NCBI GenBank assembly: GCA_013239625.1
Contig: MU054212.1
Location: 5,242,270 to 5,306,269 of the forward strand
DNA length: 64,000 nt
Direction of reading: 5' to 3'
Source of the DNA: Lama guanicoe
Lineage: Eukaryota
In this document: one piece after another, positions 24,700 through 37,400 of the stretch
Layout: each line of letters begins with the position of its first letter
Position numbering within the stretch: the first letter of the stretch is position 1
The notes under the pieces: generated by a model
Databases searched by the model: none
What the model saw: the letters and a program-made list of their open reading frames with translations, nothing else
What the model was told of the DNA's origin: nothing
Program-made: the position numbers and the translations under genes

Positions 24700-27320
24700 G
24701 AATATGAAATGTTACTGCAGATAAAAAAGAGTTTAGCAAAGAGAGAACATAGTAGCAGATAGAGATTTTTAAAGTCATTGATATATGTGTCAATGGTTTT
24801 GAATCAGATAAAAATATAATATTTTTGAAAAAACATCAATTACCAATATAACATTAAAAAGAAAAAGAAACTTGAACAACACTGGAGCAATTGAATAGCA
24901 ATATCTTATTACTGGTTTAAAATATATCTAGGCCATGCAATCTGCAGATTTACTAATTTTTAAAGAACAGAGACTCCATCTTGTTAAAAAGTTTTTCTTG
25001 GGCATACAAATTTAAGAAAAACCATGTGAAGTATTTTATGGCTTTTATTGACTTCATAAAAAGTTGTAAACAGTACAAGAAAAGATAATTGGAGAGCAAT
25101 GTTACATTTGAATGTACGAGCTGAAATGCTGAATAAAATCATCTTTATTAATAAGCTAGTATACTGCTAGGTTTATTGAAGGAGAGCAAGGATATTTTTG
25201 CATTAGAAAATACTATAAATACAAGTTCTCTCTTAGCAATTGATTATTAAAAATAATATCGTAAGAGGTTCATCAAAATGTTTGATAGAACTAATAATCA
25301 GTTCATCTTTTAAATCTCAGCAAACAACAAATGCAAGAGAATTCCCTTAACCTCGTGAAGTTTATGTACCAAAATCTTACTTTAATCATCATATAGATGT
25401 CAAACTTTTAAAAGATTTCAAGAAGAAACTGAACAAAGAAAAGTATGACCTCTATTTCCCAGTTATTTCATATTGAACTGAAAATTCTGGTGGCTAGCCA
25501 ATTAAATAAGATAGAGAAACAGAAATATGAGATAAAATATTGTAAAGGAAGACAAAATCATAGCTATTTGCAAACTCTGATTGTCTACAGGGAAACTTAA
25601 GACAATCTGTAAATCATTAGAACCAACAAGAACACTCGGCAAATTTGTTTTATTCAAGATCACAATCTGTAAAAACTAAAAAAACAGAGTAGTAAAAAAA
25701 ATGCTTCATTCACAATATCCACATAAACTAAAATATTAAGCAGGGAAGTTGCTGGTAGATATATGCAAGTTCTTTGTGAAATAAGAGATTATAAACTATT
25801 GAAAAACACAAAAGAAGCTCTGAATATATAAAAGTGCATAGTAAGTTCCTGAATGGAAAACTTTATAAATAAATTAATTCTGTCCCAAATACATTGATCA
25901 GTGAAATGTAGTTACAATGAAATCTCAAAAAAATTTTTTTGTTTGTGCATCTTAAAAAAACTGATCCTAAATTTCATGAGAATGCAACAAAAATATCCAA
26001 GATGGTTCTGGGGGAAAAATTAATAACTGAGGTTTCTTCTTGCCAAATATTACAACTTACTATAAGTGTGATTCAGGATTAGAAATGGATAATACACAAA
26101 CGGAACAGAACAGAGAACCTAGAAATACTCAGGAGAACATGGTCTCTTGGTAGTGGAGACATCGGCAGGCTAAAGTAGAACTGTTAAGTAAATGACATTA
26201 CAATAATAGTCTTTGCATAAAGGGAGAAAAAAATTTGGCTTTTATCTTACATTATATGAAATATTTCCAGATGGAGGAAAAAATAGGGGCACTAAAATTT
26301 TAAAATATTACAAGAAGGTTATAGAAGAAAGTATTCCATATATGATAGTGAAAGAATTTTTCAATCCAATACTTATGCATATCTTAAAAGTTGATGAATT
26401 CAAAACTATGAAATTCTGCATGACCAACATTGTCATAAATAAAGTTAAAAGATAAGCTAGAGCTGACTAGGAAACAATATATCCCACTTTGGTAACAGAT
26501 AAATGATTATTATCCAATAGTTATTTCTGAATTCAGTGGGATAGAACACATACATCCCAGAAGAAAAAAAAATTGTAAAATTCAATGATAAGCAATTCAC
26601 TAAAGAGGAACCCAAGAGTCCAATAAAAGTATTAGAAAATATGGTAACATTTTCAACAATATGAGAAGTACCAGCTTATAAAGAAAATAACATTTCTGAC
26701 TCAAATTGGGAAAAGTTAAAAATTTGATAATATCACATACTGAAAAAGGTCTTGGGAAAACTGTCATAGCTACTTACTGAAACATAAACTGTTACAATAA
26801 TTTGAGAGTAAATTTGGCAAAAAAAAAGATTATAATTATATCCCTTTCAGACCAGTTATTGTATTCTATTTATAAACTATTTTTTAAATGGTGCACAAAA
26901 ATATACATATGAGGATTTCCATTTTAGCTGTTTTTGTAAAAAGAAATAATTGGAAACGATTTTATATGTCTATCAATAGACTAACAGATACATAAAATGT
27001 GTTATTTACACTGTAGTGGAATACTATATATAGAAGAAAAGGAATTAACCATATTAGCATATACTTATATAATAAAGAGCAAAACAATAGTGGAAAAAAA
27101 GAAATTGCAGTATTATAGTCAATGTTTAAAGCTACCATAAAGTACTATTATATGTTGCTCACTCGCTCTCTCACACATACAGTCAAGAGATGTACTGGAA
27201 AATATGCAATGTGTACTAATCATTGTTTGTAGTAGAGTGAAGGTACAAGGGTATAAAATTTGAGATGAGGGATACAGGGGCTTTAGCTTTATTTACAATA
27301 CTTTCTTTCATTAAAATAGG
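24700..27320 (+). mobile_element. Ancient L1 (L1ME-like) ORF2 RT/C-terminal region and 3' UTR, highly decayed
   Basis: A-rich strand with colinear L1 remnants: TTTCATATTGAACTGAAAATTCTGG, CTATTTGCAAA, CTGATCCTAAATTTCATG, TGGAACTACTATA. Confidence 0.7.
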
Positions 27321-27338
27321 TTAAGACTAAATACGATA

Positions 27339-27483
27339 GAGGAAGCTATAGCTCAGTGGTAGAGTGCAGCACTTGGCATGCACAGGGTCCTGGGTTCAGT
27401 CACAGGTACCTCATTAAAAAAATAAATAAATAAATAAACCTGATTATGCCTGCCAAAAAAAATAAAATAATATAAAAAATAAA
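27339..27483 (+). mobile_element. Vic-1-type camelid tRNA-derived SINE
   Basis: Pol III A box TAGCTCAGTGG, B-box-like GGGTTCAGTCAC, (TAAA)n and an A-rich tail. 16-bp TSD AAGACTAAATACGATA (27323-27338) / AAGAATAAATATGATA (27484-27499). Confidence 0.9.
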
Positions 27484-29377
27484 AAGAATAAATATGATAA
27501 AGTCTGGCAAATACAGAGAAGTGAAAAGAAGAAATGTTCATAATTCCACCACCAAGAAAACACTAAGCACCACCAAGAAAGTTGAAATTTAGGGAACATT
27601 AGTTCAGAATTTTGTTGTTGCTGTTGTTGTTTTTGCTTTTTAGTAAGAAAAAAAGTGAAATAATCTTAAAACTCTTGAGATTATAGTTTGGATGAGTTTG
27701 TAAGTAAAGCCGGATCTTGTATTGAAAATATTTAAAGTACACCTTATTGTTGTGATTCTCATTCTCTTTTTTCACCAAAACCACCTCATCACTTACCTTT
27801 TTATGTGCAGCTGGTTTACATGAGCCAACGAAGGTTTACAGACTGGAGCACAGTGATTAATGGTACACTGTGTGATGCTGTTTCGTTTTTTTCTCTATCA
27901 CTGATTCAAAATCCCAGTGTTTCTTACAGCATAGCTGAGAGGAATCTGCCTTAAATATTTTTAGAATTTACCTTTTTAAGAATTGAAAAGATTAATATAT
28001 TTTTTAGCTTCTTTTTTCAGAGTATTTGTTTAATTTGGTTTGTCTCACTGTTTTAATGGTGAGTTGGTATCGTTCATGTTTGTTGAAAATTGTTTCTAAC
28101 ACACCTAAGTATTGACTACTTCAGCTGTGTGGTAGTGAATGAGATCTAATTGCAACCTGCTGGCAGAAAATAAATTGTATGATTGATTTTTTGATAAAAG
28201 AATAAACCATTTTAAACTTTTGAATCTACAAATCCACAGTTATGAAAAAACAGCAGGCATTATATGGCTCCAAGCAGAGATTATGAAAGACAAGTGAGGA
28301 AAGTTTGTTCTATTTTCACTCTCAGAAATGTGCCTTGCATCTTATAAAAAAGGAAGGGAGATCAATCTCCTCAGATGGCACATAACATTTTTAATCTGCC
28401 ACATAAAAAAAAAAAGGAAAAAGAAACTTTCCAAGGCTGAGTTAACATAAGTGTACTACACTGTCCTTGTGCTTTTGAATATTCTCCAAATATAAGTCAT
28501 AAGTAATGAACTTGTTGGGGAAGAAAATAGGCTATATATAATCATAATGTTTCTTTAAAATTAGAGAATCATCTGAAAATGAAGGCACTACAACTGCTTG
28601 AGGTCGCCTTGATGTATTTTGTCTTGACTTGGTTATTTTATATTTTCTGAGACACACACCAAATTTTTGCTTCTTGGAAGTCATCTGAATGATTTTTCTT
28701 CTCTGAGGCATTTTGAGCTCCAAATGAGTATTCCTAATTTCATAACTGGGTAATAGTTACTTCTTCAATCAGTTAAGATTAGATGCCATTTTACCAGATA
28801 TCTCCATACATATGCAGCTATAAGTAAAAATATGAAGCAAAATATAAGTATGGACATAAGTAAGTGAAAATAAAACAATTTACCATTTCACATGACTGTA
28901 ATTAGGGTCTGTATCAGAGATTCAGAGAATAAGATCTGTAGAGAATTGTTCACAGAAGCTGTTAACACAGACATTTATTCAGGAGCTTATTAGAATCATA
29001 TTTATCTATAAAAATAAAAATTAATCTTCTATGTAAAAACTACATTAATTCATAATTTAGCAAATATTTGAGAATATGATATTGTCCCTTTGTTGTATTT
29101 TGCCATATTAAAAGTATAAAAAGTGTGAGTCCTAGCCTTGAGGTTTAAATGGGTTTTTTTTTTTGTTGGAAAAAAAAGTTTCTCTCTGTGGTTTGTCACT
29201 ACAGAGACAATGAGAAGAAATAAAATATAATAAAAAAAATAAAAAGCAAATGACATGGCACAAATAAGTACAATATGAAGGTAGCAACAGTCAAAATTAC
29301 TGGAAAGGAATCATGAACTATATCTTAAACTTGATTTTATAATCAAAGTAATATTGGTATTAGCCTTGAGCAACGAT

Positions 29378-31542
29378 ACCTCAATAAAATGGACAACATA
29401 GAAGAAATGAACAAATGCTTGGAAAAGTACTATCTCCTAAGGATGAACTAAGAAGAAATAGAAAATATGAACAAACCATTTATCCATACTGAAATTGAAT
29501 CAGTAATTTAAAAACTCCCAACAAACAAAAGTCCAGGACCAGAGAGCTTCCCAGGTGAATTCTACCAAACATTTAGAGGAGAGTTAACACTTATCCTTCT
29601 GAAGCTATTCCAAAAAATTACAGAGAGAACACTTGCAAACGCATTCTATGAGGCCACCATCACCCTGATACCAAAACCAGAGAAAGATATCATAAAAAAA
29701 GAAAATTACAGGACAATATCACGATGAACATAGAAGCAAAACTCCTCAACAAAACACTAACAAACCAAATTCAACAATACATTTAAAGACGCATACACTA
29801 TGATCAAATGGGATTTATCCCAGGGATATAAGAATTTTTCAATATCCACAAATCAATGTGATACATCACATTAACAAATTGAAGAATAAAAATCATGTGA
29901 TAATTTCAATAGATGCAGAAAAACCTTTTGATAAAATTCAACATCCATTTATGATAAAAACTCTCCAGAAAGTGGGCATAAAGGGAACATAAATCCATAT
30001 ATGACAAATCCACAGCTAATATCATACTCAGTGGTGAAAAGGTGAAAGCATTTCCTTGAAGACAGGAACAAGACAATGATGCCCACTCTTGCTGCTTTTA
30101 CTTCAACATAATTTTAATAAAAGTCCTAGCCATAACAATCAGAGAAGAAAAAGAAAGAAAAGGAATCCAAATTGGAAAAGAAGTAAAACTGCCACTGTTT
30201 GCAGATCGTAGAAAATCTTGAAGAAGCTACCAGAAAACTACTAGAGCTCATCAATGAATTTGGTAAGTTGAAGGATACAAAATGAATATACAGAAATCTG
30301 TTGCATTTCTATACCCTAACAATGAGATATCAGAAAAAGAAATTAAGGAAACAATTCCATTTACTATCACATCAAAAAGAATAAAATATCTAGGAATAAA
30401 CCTACCTAAAGAGGCAAAAGATCTGTACTTCAGAACTACTAAGACACTGATGAAAGAAGCCAAAGATGACATAAACAGATGGAAACATAACCGTGTTCTT
30501 GGATTGGAAGAGTCAATATTGTTAAAATGGCCATACTACCCAAGGCAATCTACAGATTCACTGCAACCCCTGTGAAATCACTGATGGTATTTTTCACAGA
30601 ATTAGAGCAAAAAAAATTAAAATGTGTATGGAAACACAAAAGACCATGAATAGCCAAAACAATCTTGAGAAAGAAGACCAGAGCTGGAGGAATCACACTC
30701 CCTGACTTCAGACTATACTACAAAGCTACAGTAATCAAAACAATATGGTACCAGCTCATAAACAGACAAATAGATCGATGAAACGGGATAGAAAGCCCTG
30801 AAATAAACCTATGCACTTATGGTCAATTAATCTGTGACAAAGGAGGCAAGAATATACAATGGAGAAGACAATTTCTTCAATAAATGGTGCTGGGAAAACT
30901 GGACAGCTACATATAAAATGACAAAACTAGAACATTCTCTAACACCATATACAAAAATGAACTCAAATGCATTAGTAACCTAATTGTAAAGCCAGATACT
31001 ATAAAACTTCTAGAAGATGGAATACTACCCAGCCATAAAAAAGAATGAAATAATACCATTTGCAGCAACATGGCTGGACCTAGAGATTATCATACTAAGT
31101 GAAGTAAGTCAGACAGAGAAAGACAAATACCATATGATACCACTTATATATGTGAAATCCAAAAAAAAATTTACAAACAAACTTACTTACAAAACAAAAA
31201 TGGTCTCACAGACATAGAAAACAAACTATGGTTCCCAAAGGGAAAAGCAGTGGCAGGGGCGGGGGCGGGGGTAAGGAATAAATTAGGAGTTTGGGATTAA
31301 TATTTACACCATACTATGTATAAAATAGATAAATAACAAGAACCAAGTATATAGTACAGGGAACTATATTCAGTATTTTGTAATAATCTGTAATATAAAG
31401 GCATCTGAAAAAGAAAAAGAATATATATATACATACACACACACACATATATATATCACACATATATATATAATCACTTTGCTGTGCACCTAAAACTAAC
31501 ATAGTATTGTAAATCAACTATATATACTTCAGTGAAAAAAAA
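29378..31542 (+). mobile_element. 5'-truncated L1 (artiodactyl-type) ORF2 RT to 3' UTR and polyA, inactivated, with internal deletions
   Basis: ORF2 peptides [43 protein letters not shown]...KRIKYLGINLPKEAKDLY and MEYYPAIKKNEI. G-rich 3' UTR tract at 31256-31271; A tail at about 31533. Confidence 0.96.
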
Positions 31543-31592
31543 AGATTTTTATTAGCCAAGAGATGGTGCTCAGAAAGACAAAGATGTGGAAG

Positions 31593-31595
<3 letters not shown>

Positions 31596-31635
<40 letters not shown>
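31596..31635 (+). repeat. (GT)20 microsatellite
   Basis: Perfect dinucleotide run. Confidence 0.97.
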
Positions 31636-31636
<1 letters not shown>

Positions 31637-32863
31637 GGGGGATGGTTATGAAGAATTCTAGAAGTTTACTATTGCAGTGTAAATTAGACTGTGTAGAGAG
31701 GGAGGAGTGATGGGGCACAGGAAGGGGAGAAGTGGAGGCAGCAATATTTAAATATATAAAATGTGTTATTTTAAGACAAAGAGAAAGCTGTTTCTAGCAA
31801 CTGGAAAACTAAAGGCTTTCAATTAAAGAAAAAAATTAATACTGACCAACCAAGGAAAATACAGGTATAGGATTAGGTCATCTGGTTACAACCTCTAATC
31901 TATGTTCTTTAAGGAAAGTTTAATAAACTTGATTCCATTAATGGAGTTGTATTCAATGGCCAGTTGGTATGGCAGTGTCTTAAAAGATGGATTCTAAAAG
32001 AAAGAAACTTCATTTAAAGAAAACCTTATGCTTATAATCTGGATACAAGGAACCTTTATATATAACAGGATAATAGCCCAATTCAAATAAACTCAGACAT
32101 TCTTACTTCTTGTTTAATCCAGTTGATCAGCTCAAACTTCCTGCAAGTATTAAGAATAATCTTGAGAAATAACCTGTCAGAACTATAAACTGGTAACCAG
32201 TTAGGAACATTATATTCAGTGTTTCCCTATTTTGTTCATTTTTTTTACCTTCCTCTTTTATTCTTCTTTGTGATTATTCAAAGTTTGTGTTGTTTTGGGG
32301 TCATTCAGTCCTGCAGGCAACGATTTAGCTCAATTATTTTGCTTTCTGCTGTTGAAATTACCTCTTTTTCAGTAATGGTGCTTTTCTGAGATGTGAAACA
32401 CCCAGATGCTGCAATGATGAACATCATTTAAATATCTGAATAAACAAACTTATCCAAGGGCTATCAATTTTTCTTTTTTGAAGCTCCCTGAAACATTTCT
32501 TATTGTATCACCCTTTGTTAACAGCTTCATCATGTTTCTAATTAATTGTGTTCCCTTCTAGGCAAAGAAGTATGGTAAGTATTTCTGTGGTTATGGAGGG
32601 AAGTATAGGGAATTCTGCAAATCTCTTTCCTAGAGGCCGGGAAGAAAAGCCTGGAGTAACCACCATGTGCTACATGCTTCTTGTGTTTGGCTGCATTCTG
32701 CATCATTTGCAGGTTACTCTTTGGCATTCAGCTCAGTGCCTGGTGTACAGCAGGCCTTCAACAATATTGTTTACATTAGCCTGTTTCTTTGATTGGTGAA
32801 TCTTCTTGTAGATCAAAGTCCTCTCTGAAAAATAGCCCCCGTCTCCTTCATGCCTTGGATCCT

Positions 32864-33452
32864 TGTCTTAACCATGTTTCTAGCTTCTGTAAACTCATGC
32901 TTTAACATCTACTCTGTATTCGTATGCCCAAAACTCCTTGTTCCAGACAACCTGATAATATGCCTGAGTCACCCTGCCTTGGCTTCTGCCTCCTTCATGA
33001 CCCTCCCTCTTTGGGAAGAGCCCCCCTCCTGGGATCCTGCCTTTCACACACAAACCAACCAATCCAGAGTCTACACCCCTGAACCACACCCTTTATTAGG
33101 CTCTCACTCTCTGGGTCACTATTCACCTCGCCCAATCATCCAAGGCTGGGTTCCAGACAACAAGAGATAGCCCCTAGGCCCCAGAGCCCACTGAAATTAT
33201 TCAAACTAGCCAGTCCTAAGCCTGCTTACCCTTCCTTGCCTATTCCTTCACACAAAACCACAACAAAATCTCTTGACATTTTCCCCTCTTGTCCTATCTT
33301 ATGACAGATTCATCTGATCCCACATAGAAGGAGTGTTTCCTCCTCTTGGGAACTTTGAATAACAAACTATCTTTTCAGTAATAATCATCTCCTGATCTGA
33401 TGGTCTTAATTTATACCTCAAAATTTCCATTAATACATTATGTTTTAAAACA
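32864..33452 (+). mobile_element. MER74-family ERV-L solo LTR
   Basis: TGTCTTAACCATGTTT start; CAAACCAACCAATCCAGAG and CCCCAGAGCCCACTGAAATTATTCAAACTAGCC; TTTTAAAACA end. Confidence 0.88.
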
Positions 33453-33639
33453 GTCCCAGCTTTTACTTTAATTTTTTTACTTACTTTACTCCTTTATGTC
33501 TGCTCAGTTTCACTTAAACCTTCCCAAAATAGAGTATGTTCCGTCTGCACCCAGGCTCTTGATCAAATCTCCAAATTTATCCTGGGTTCATGGATTTGGC
33601 ATGTTGGTGAGTTGGCCCACCCAATCCTAATCTTTTCAC

Positions 33640-34460
33640 CATTAGCTCTGGTATCTAAGTGCCTAGTGAATATATCCTTTGGATGATCTAGAGGCAACTC
33701 ACCGTCAGTATACACTTAGATAAACTCAAAATCTCACTTCAACCTCTCCTCTGTCAGTAACTCCTATCTCAGATCTTGAGCCAGAATAGCAAGAACTATG
33801 AATATATTCATTCCACCAATTTGGCATTATCCTAGTTCAAGTCCTATCATGTTTTGTTTAGATGATAACAGTGAACTTCTCACTTGTTGTTTTGCCCTTA
33901 TCATCACATTATTTTTCACATTGCCTCCTAATTTTTGAAATTTGAATGCAAATACGACCTTCAAGATAAAGCCCAAAGCTGGTAACATGGCATTTAAGGC
34001 CCTTCATTTTCTGATTATTGCCTGCCTCCCAGCTTCACCTGCCATAGTTCCCTATCTGTATTTTCTTTCACTAGCAATACTGAATTGCTTATGATTTCCT
34101 ACCAAGGTGACAGAGTTTTATACTTCATGCCTTTGTGATCTTCTTCCATCTGCCAACTACCTTCTCCTAATTGTCCCCTTGGCTATATCCAACTCACTCT
34201 TTAGGATTCAATTCAAGTAACATCTCTCCTAGAAAGACCTTCCCTGAATTCCCATGATCTAGTGCTGTTCTTTTGTGCTTTTAAAATAACTTGTGCCTTT
34301 GAAATGCTCTGTGTGGTTTACACATTGTCTTGAATATAGTTCTTAAAGATTCTCATCTGTGTAACACATATATTACTGAAGAATACATCTTAACTTTCCA
34401 TCTCTGGTGCCTGTCACAAGGCCTGGAATCATGTAGTTATGTAGTCGACATTGTTTGAAG
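33640..34460 (+). mobile_element. L2 3' region
   Basis: AAGATAAAGCCCAAAG...ATTTAAGGCCCTTCAT, TCCTAGAAAGACCTTCCCTGA and GGTGCCTGTCACAAGGCCTGG are L2-like 3' motifs in order. Confidence 0.7.
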
Positions 34461-37400
34461 TGAATTATAATCATCTAACTGAATATGCCTGGTTGAAGGC
34501 CAGGACAGACTGTCCCTCAATTCCCTGGTCCCTTGGTACAAAGAATATTAACCAGAAATGAGATTTAGTTAAAAACAACAACAGTAACCCTCCAATAGAA
34601 GCTTCATCCTGAATGGCCTGTCACATTCACAAAAGCAGAAACTAAGTACATGCGCAGGGAGAATTAGGGTTCAAACAACTGGTAAAGGTAAATATTAATA
34701 AAGAATACTTGCAATGGAAAACGGTTTCCAGATTCCCTCTTACGTTTATGCTCATCATGTAAGTTTCACTCACTTCTGTACCATTTAAAACATAAGTCCT
34801 TGTTCTTGACTCTTCACCTTTTGCCTTTAGCATAGCATTTGTTTGTCTTAATGATTGGCTGATGGACTAATGACTGCTATTTGGTAAATAGTTATTGCAT
34901 TTGGAATGAACCTTAAGCTTCCTATCTGGCTCTTCCTAGATGTTGGACCCCTACCTAGCCTCCATTCGCTTGACTCCCTGACCTAGTAACCATTAAGATC
35001 TGAGCCTTCCTCCAGATTCATAGGCCTCAGTATCAAGAAATTGTCATCTCCACATCAACTCATTAAAGTCATGTGTATAAGCCCCCCAGAATCATAGCAC
35101 TAGATGGAAAGTAAACTAAAATCCGGCTCCCTGCCCTTGTGTTGATTCTATTTTGCCTTTGAACTCTCCCATAACCAAGACTTGAAACAGCCACATGAAC
35201 TGCTTAACAAAATGGTCTTTTTCACCTTTATCCACGAGGCAGCATAGTTTTGGTGACATTTTTGATAAAAGAGACACAGGAGATTGAGTCGTGTTAGTTT
35301 CTAATACTGTGTAGCCAAAAAATACCACACAATTATTCTTGGCTTCTACTGAGTTTGAAAAGAGAGAGATAATGGTAAGAAGAAAATATCATTTGTCAAC
35401 AAGCGAACTGGTAACTATTTCTCCATCTTCATTTTCACTTGTGCTGTACAGTTTATTTCTAAATTATCTTTTATTTGTAAATTATTGTTGATTATTTTAT
35501 TATAACTTGACATTACTTTTATATAATTTATGTATAACTTCATATATTTTTGTTATAACATTACATATATTGGTAAATATTTAATGAAAATATATAAATT
35601 CTTTTTTCATTGCTTCTCTTTGTTCTGTAAAATAAGAAGCAATTACATTAGCTTGGATTGGGCAGAGTAAGGGGTTTTGAAGATTTAGAAAGTGCACCAA
35701 TAAGGAAAGTATATAGAGTTACCAGGCATGCCTGAGGGTCCAATATATATTTATATATATTTGTATTTATAGGTAGGTAGATATACATACATATAATGCA
35801 CATATACCTATATTTAGTATTATTTCAATTTTCAAAGATAAATTTTAGATAATTGAATATAAAATTCATGGAGAGTGATTTTAAAGATAATTGAGTTTTG
35901 AGTCTTTTTGAATAAAAAGAATAGACATTTTGAAAGTCCATAATGACTGTTCTTTATTTTAGATGCACTATTTTTGTCTCTTGCTGAAATAAACTCATCA
36001 CCTACAGTTTCTTCTAAAAAAAAAAAAGTTAAATTTGCAAAAAGTCTTCTGGCATAGTGTTTCTTTGTAATGATTGTTTGCACATGGCCAACTGTTTCTC
36101 ATTTTCATCCTAGAGGTCCTTAAAACCCTCAGGTAGATACCATCTGGTCCTGGTGATTAATCTACATTTACTTTATGAATTTTGTGAAAACATACTGACT
36201 ATGGACCACTATTTGTTCTTGTATATCCAACCTGCTCATTTCCTTGAACAATCTGGATTTGGGAATCTCCCTGATTTATTCCTAATTAAAAGTCTAAGCA
36301 AAGATTTACTTCAGTCTATCAGACCTCACATTTTTATTCTGGAGTATATTATTTGTCCCAGAGTCACCCAAATTCATGATACCGTAACTGTATTTCTGCA
36401 CTAGATAACAACAAAACACTTTTTATTGGCCTTTGATTCTCTCATGAGATGCCCTTTGCCCAGCCTGCTTGTAGTTTACATCAATGAACTTCTTTTTTCT
36501 CCTCATTCTGTCCATCTTTGCACTCCTACAGCACATACTTATCAAGCAGTCTAATTTTTTGGTAAATAATTGGTATTTTTTATAACTGGCACACATTTTT
36601 GGTGTTCATAAAAATCCATATATCAATATTATTCAGATATTTTGTATATATTGATTCTGAAAAAGATCCCCAACTTTTTTTTCTTGACGTGTGAACATGT
36701 TTTTTTCCTCTTTTCAATCAGGTATTGAATTGAATTTTTGTAATAACTATTACTGAAGAGATTAGGAGCTATTACTGTTAATGAGGATTTTTTATTCTTT
36801 TCTCTAAGTGCCTGAATTCCTGACATTATCAGTTGTTTGCTTAGATGCACACTCTTTTGAAAGAATGCAATAGCAATGATTTGGACTTCCTTGTGTAATA
36901 CGTAAGAATAACTAAAGAAATTTCTATGTAAAGAAGTTTCCATATCTTTTCTTAAATTCCACTGATAAATGAATGTCTAGAAATACTAAATTCAAGGTGA
37001 CTAAATATTTCTATTAATTGTGATATATAGGACTAATTCAATAAATTATACTTACCTTTCTCTGAACAACTCAAAACATTTAACAGCTTCATCACTTTAA
37101 ATCTCACAGCCAGAGCTGTGAGCTGGGGCTGAGTAGTGAGCGAGGTTGGTCTGATCAGTATCACTACCCCAGGATTGCTGTTTTCTGCTGCTGTCCTGAT
37201 AGACATGCCAGTATTTTCCACATGACACCACACAGTATTTCAATATAGCAATAACCCACTAAAGCTCCTCACTTGTGCAAAATCCAAAAGTCATTTTACT
37301 TTCAGTCATAGTCAAACATTTATAAATATCACAAAAATAAAACTTTGGTAATTGAGCAATTTCAATTCAGTATTTATCTGCTTAGAAATTATTGCTTGCA

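Noticed and set aside
27339..27412. tRNA gene
   Set aside because: It is the tRNA-derived head of a SINE, with a degenerate B box, an A tail and TSDs.
27547..27580. 13-bp direct repeat CACCACCAAGAAA twice
   Set aside because: An isolated micro-duplication with no array. This and similar short repeats are not CRISPR-like, and the DNA is mammalian.
31256..31275. G-quadruplex-like GGGGCGGGGGCGGGGG
   Set aside because: This is the well-known G-rich tract of the L1 3' UTR.
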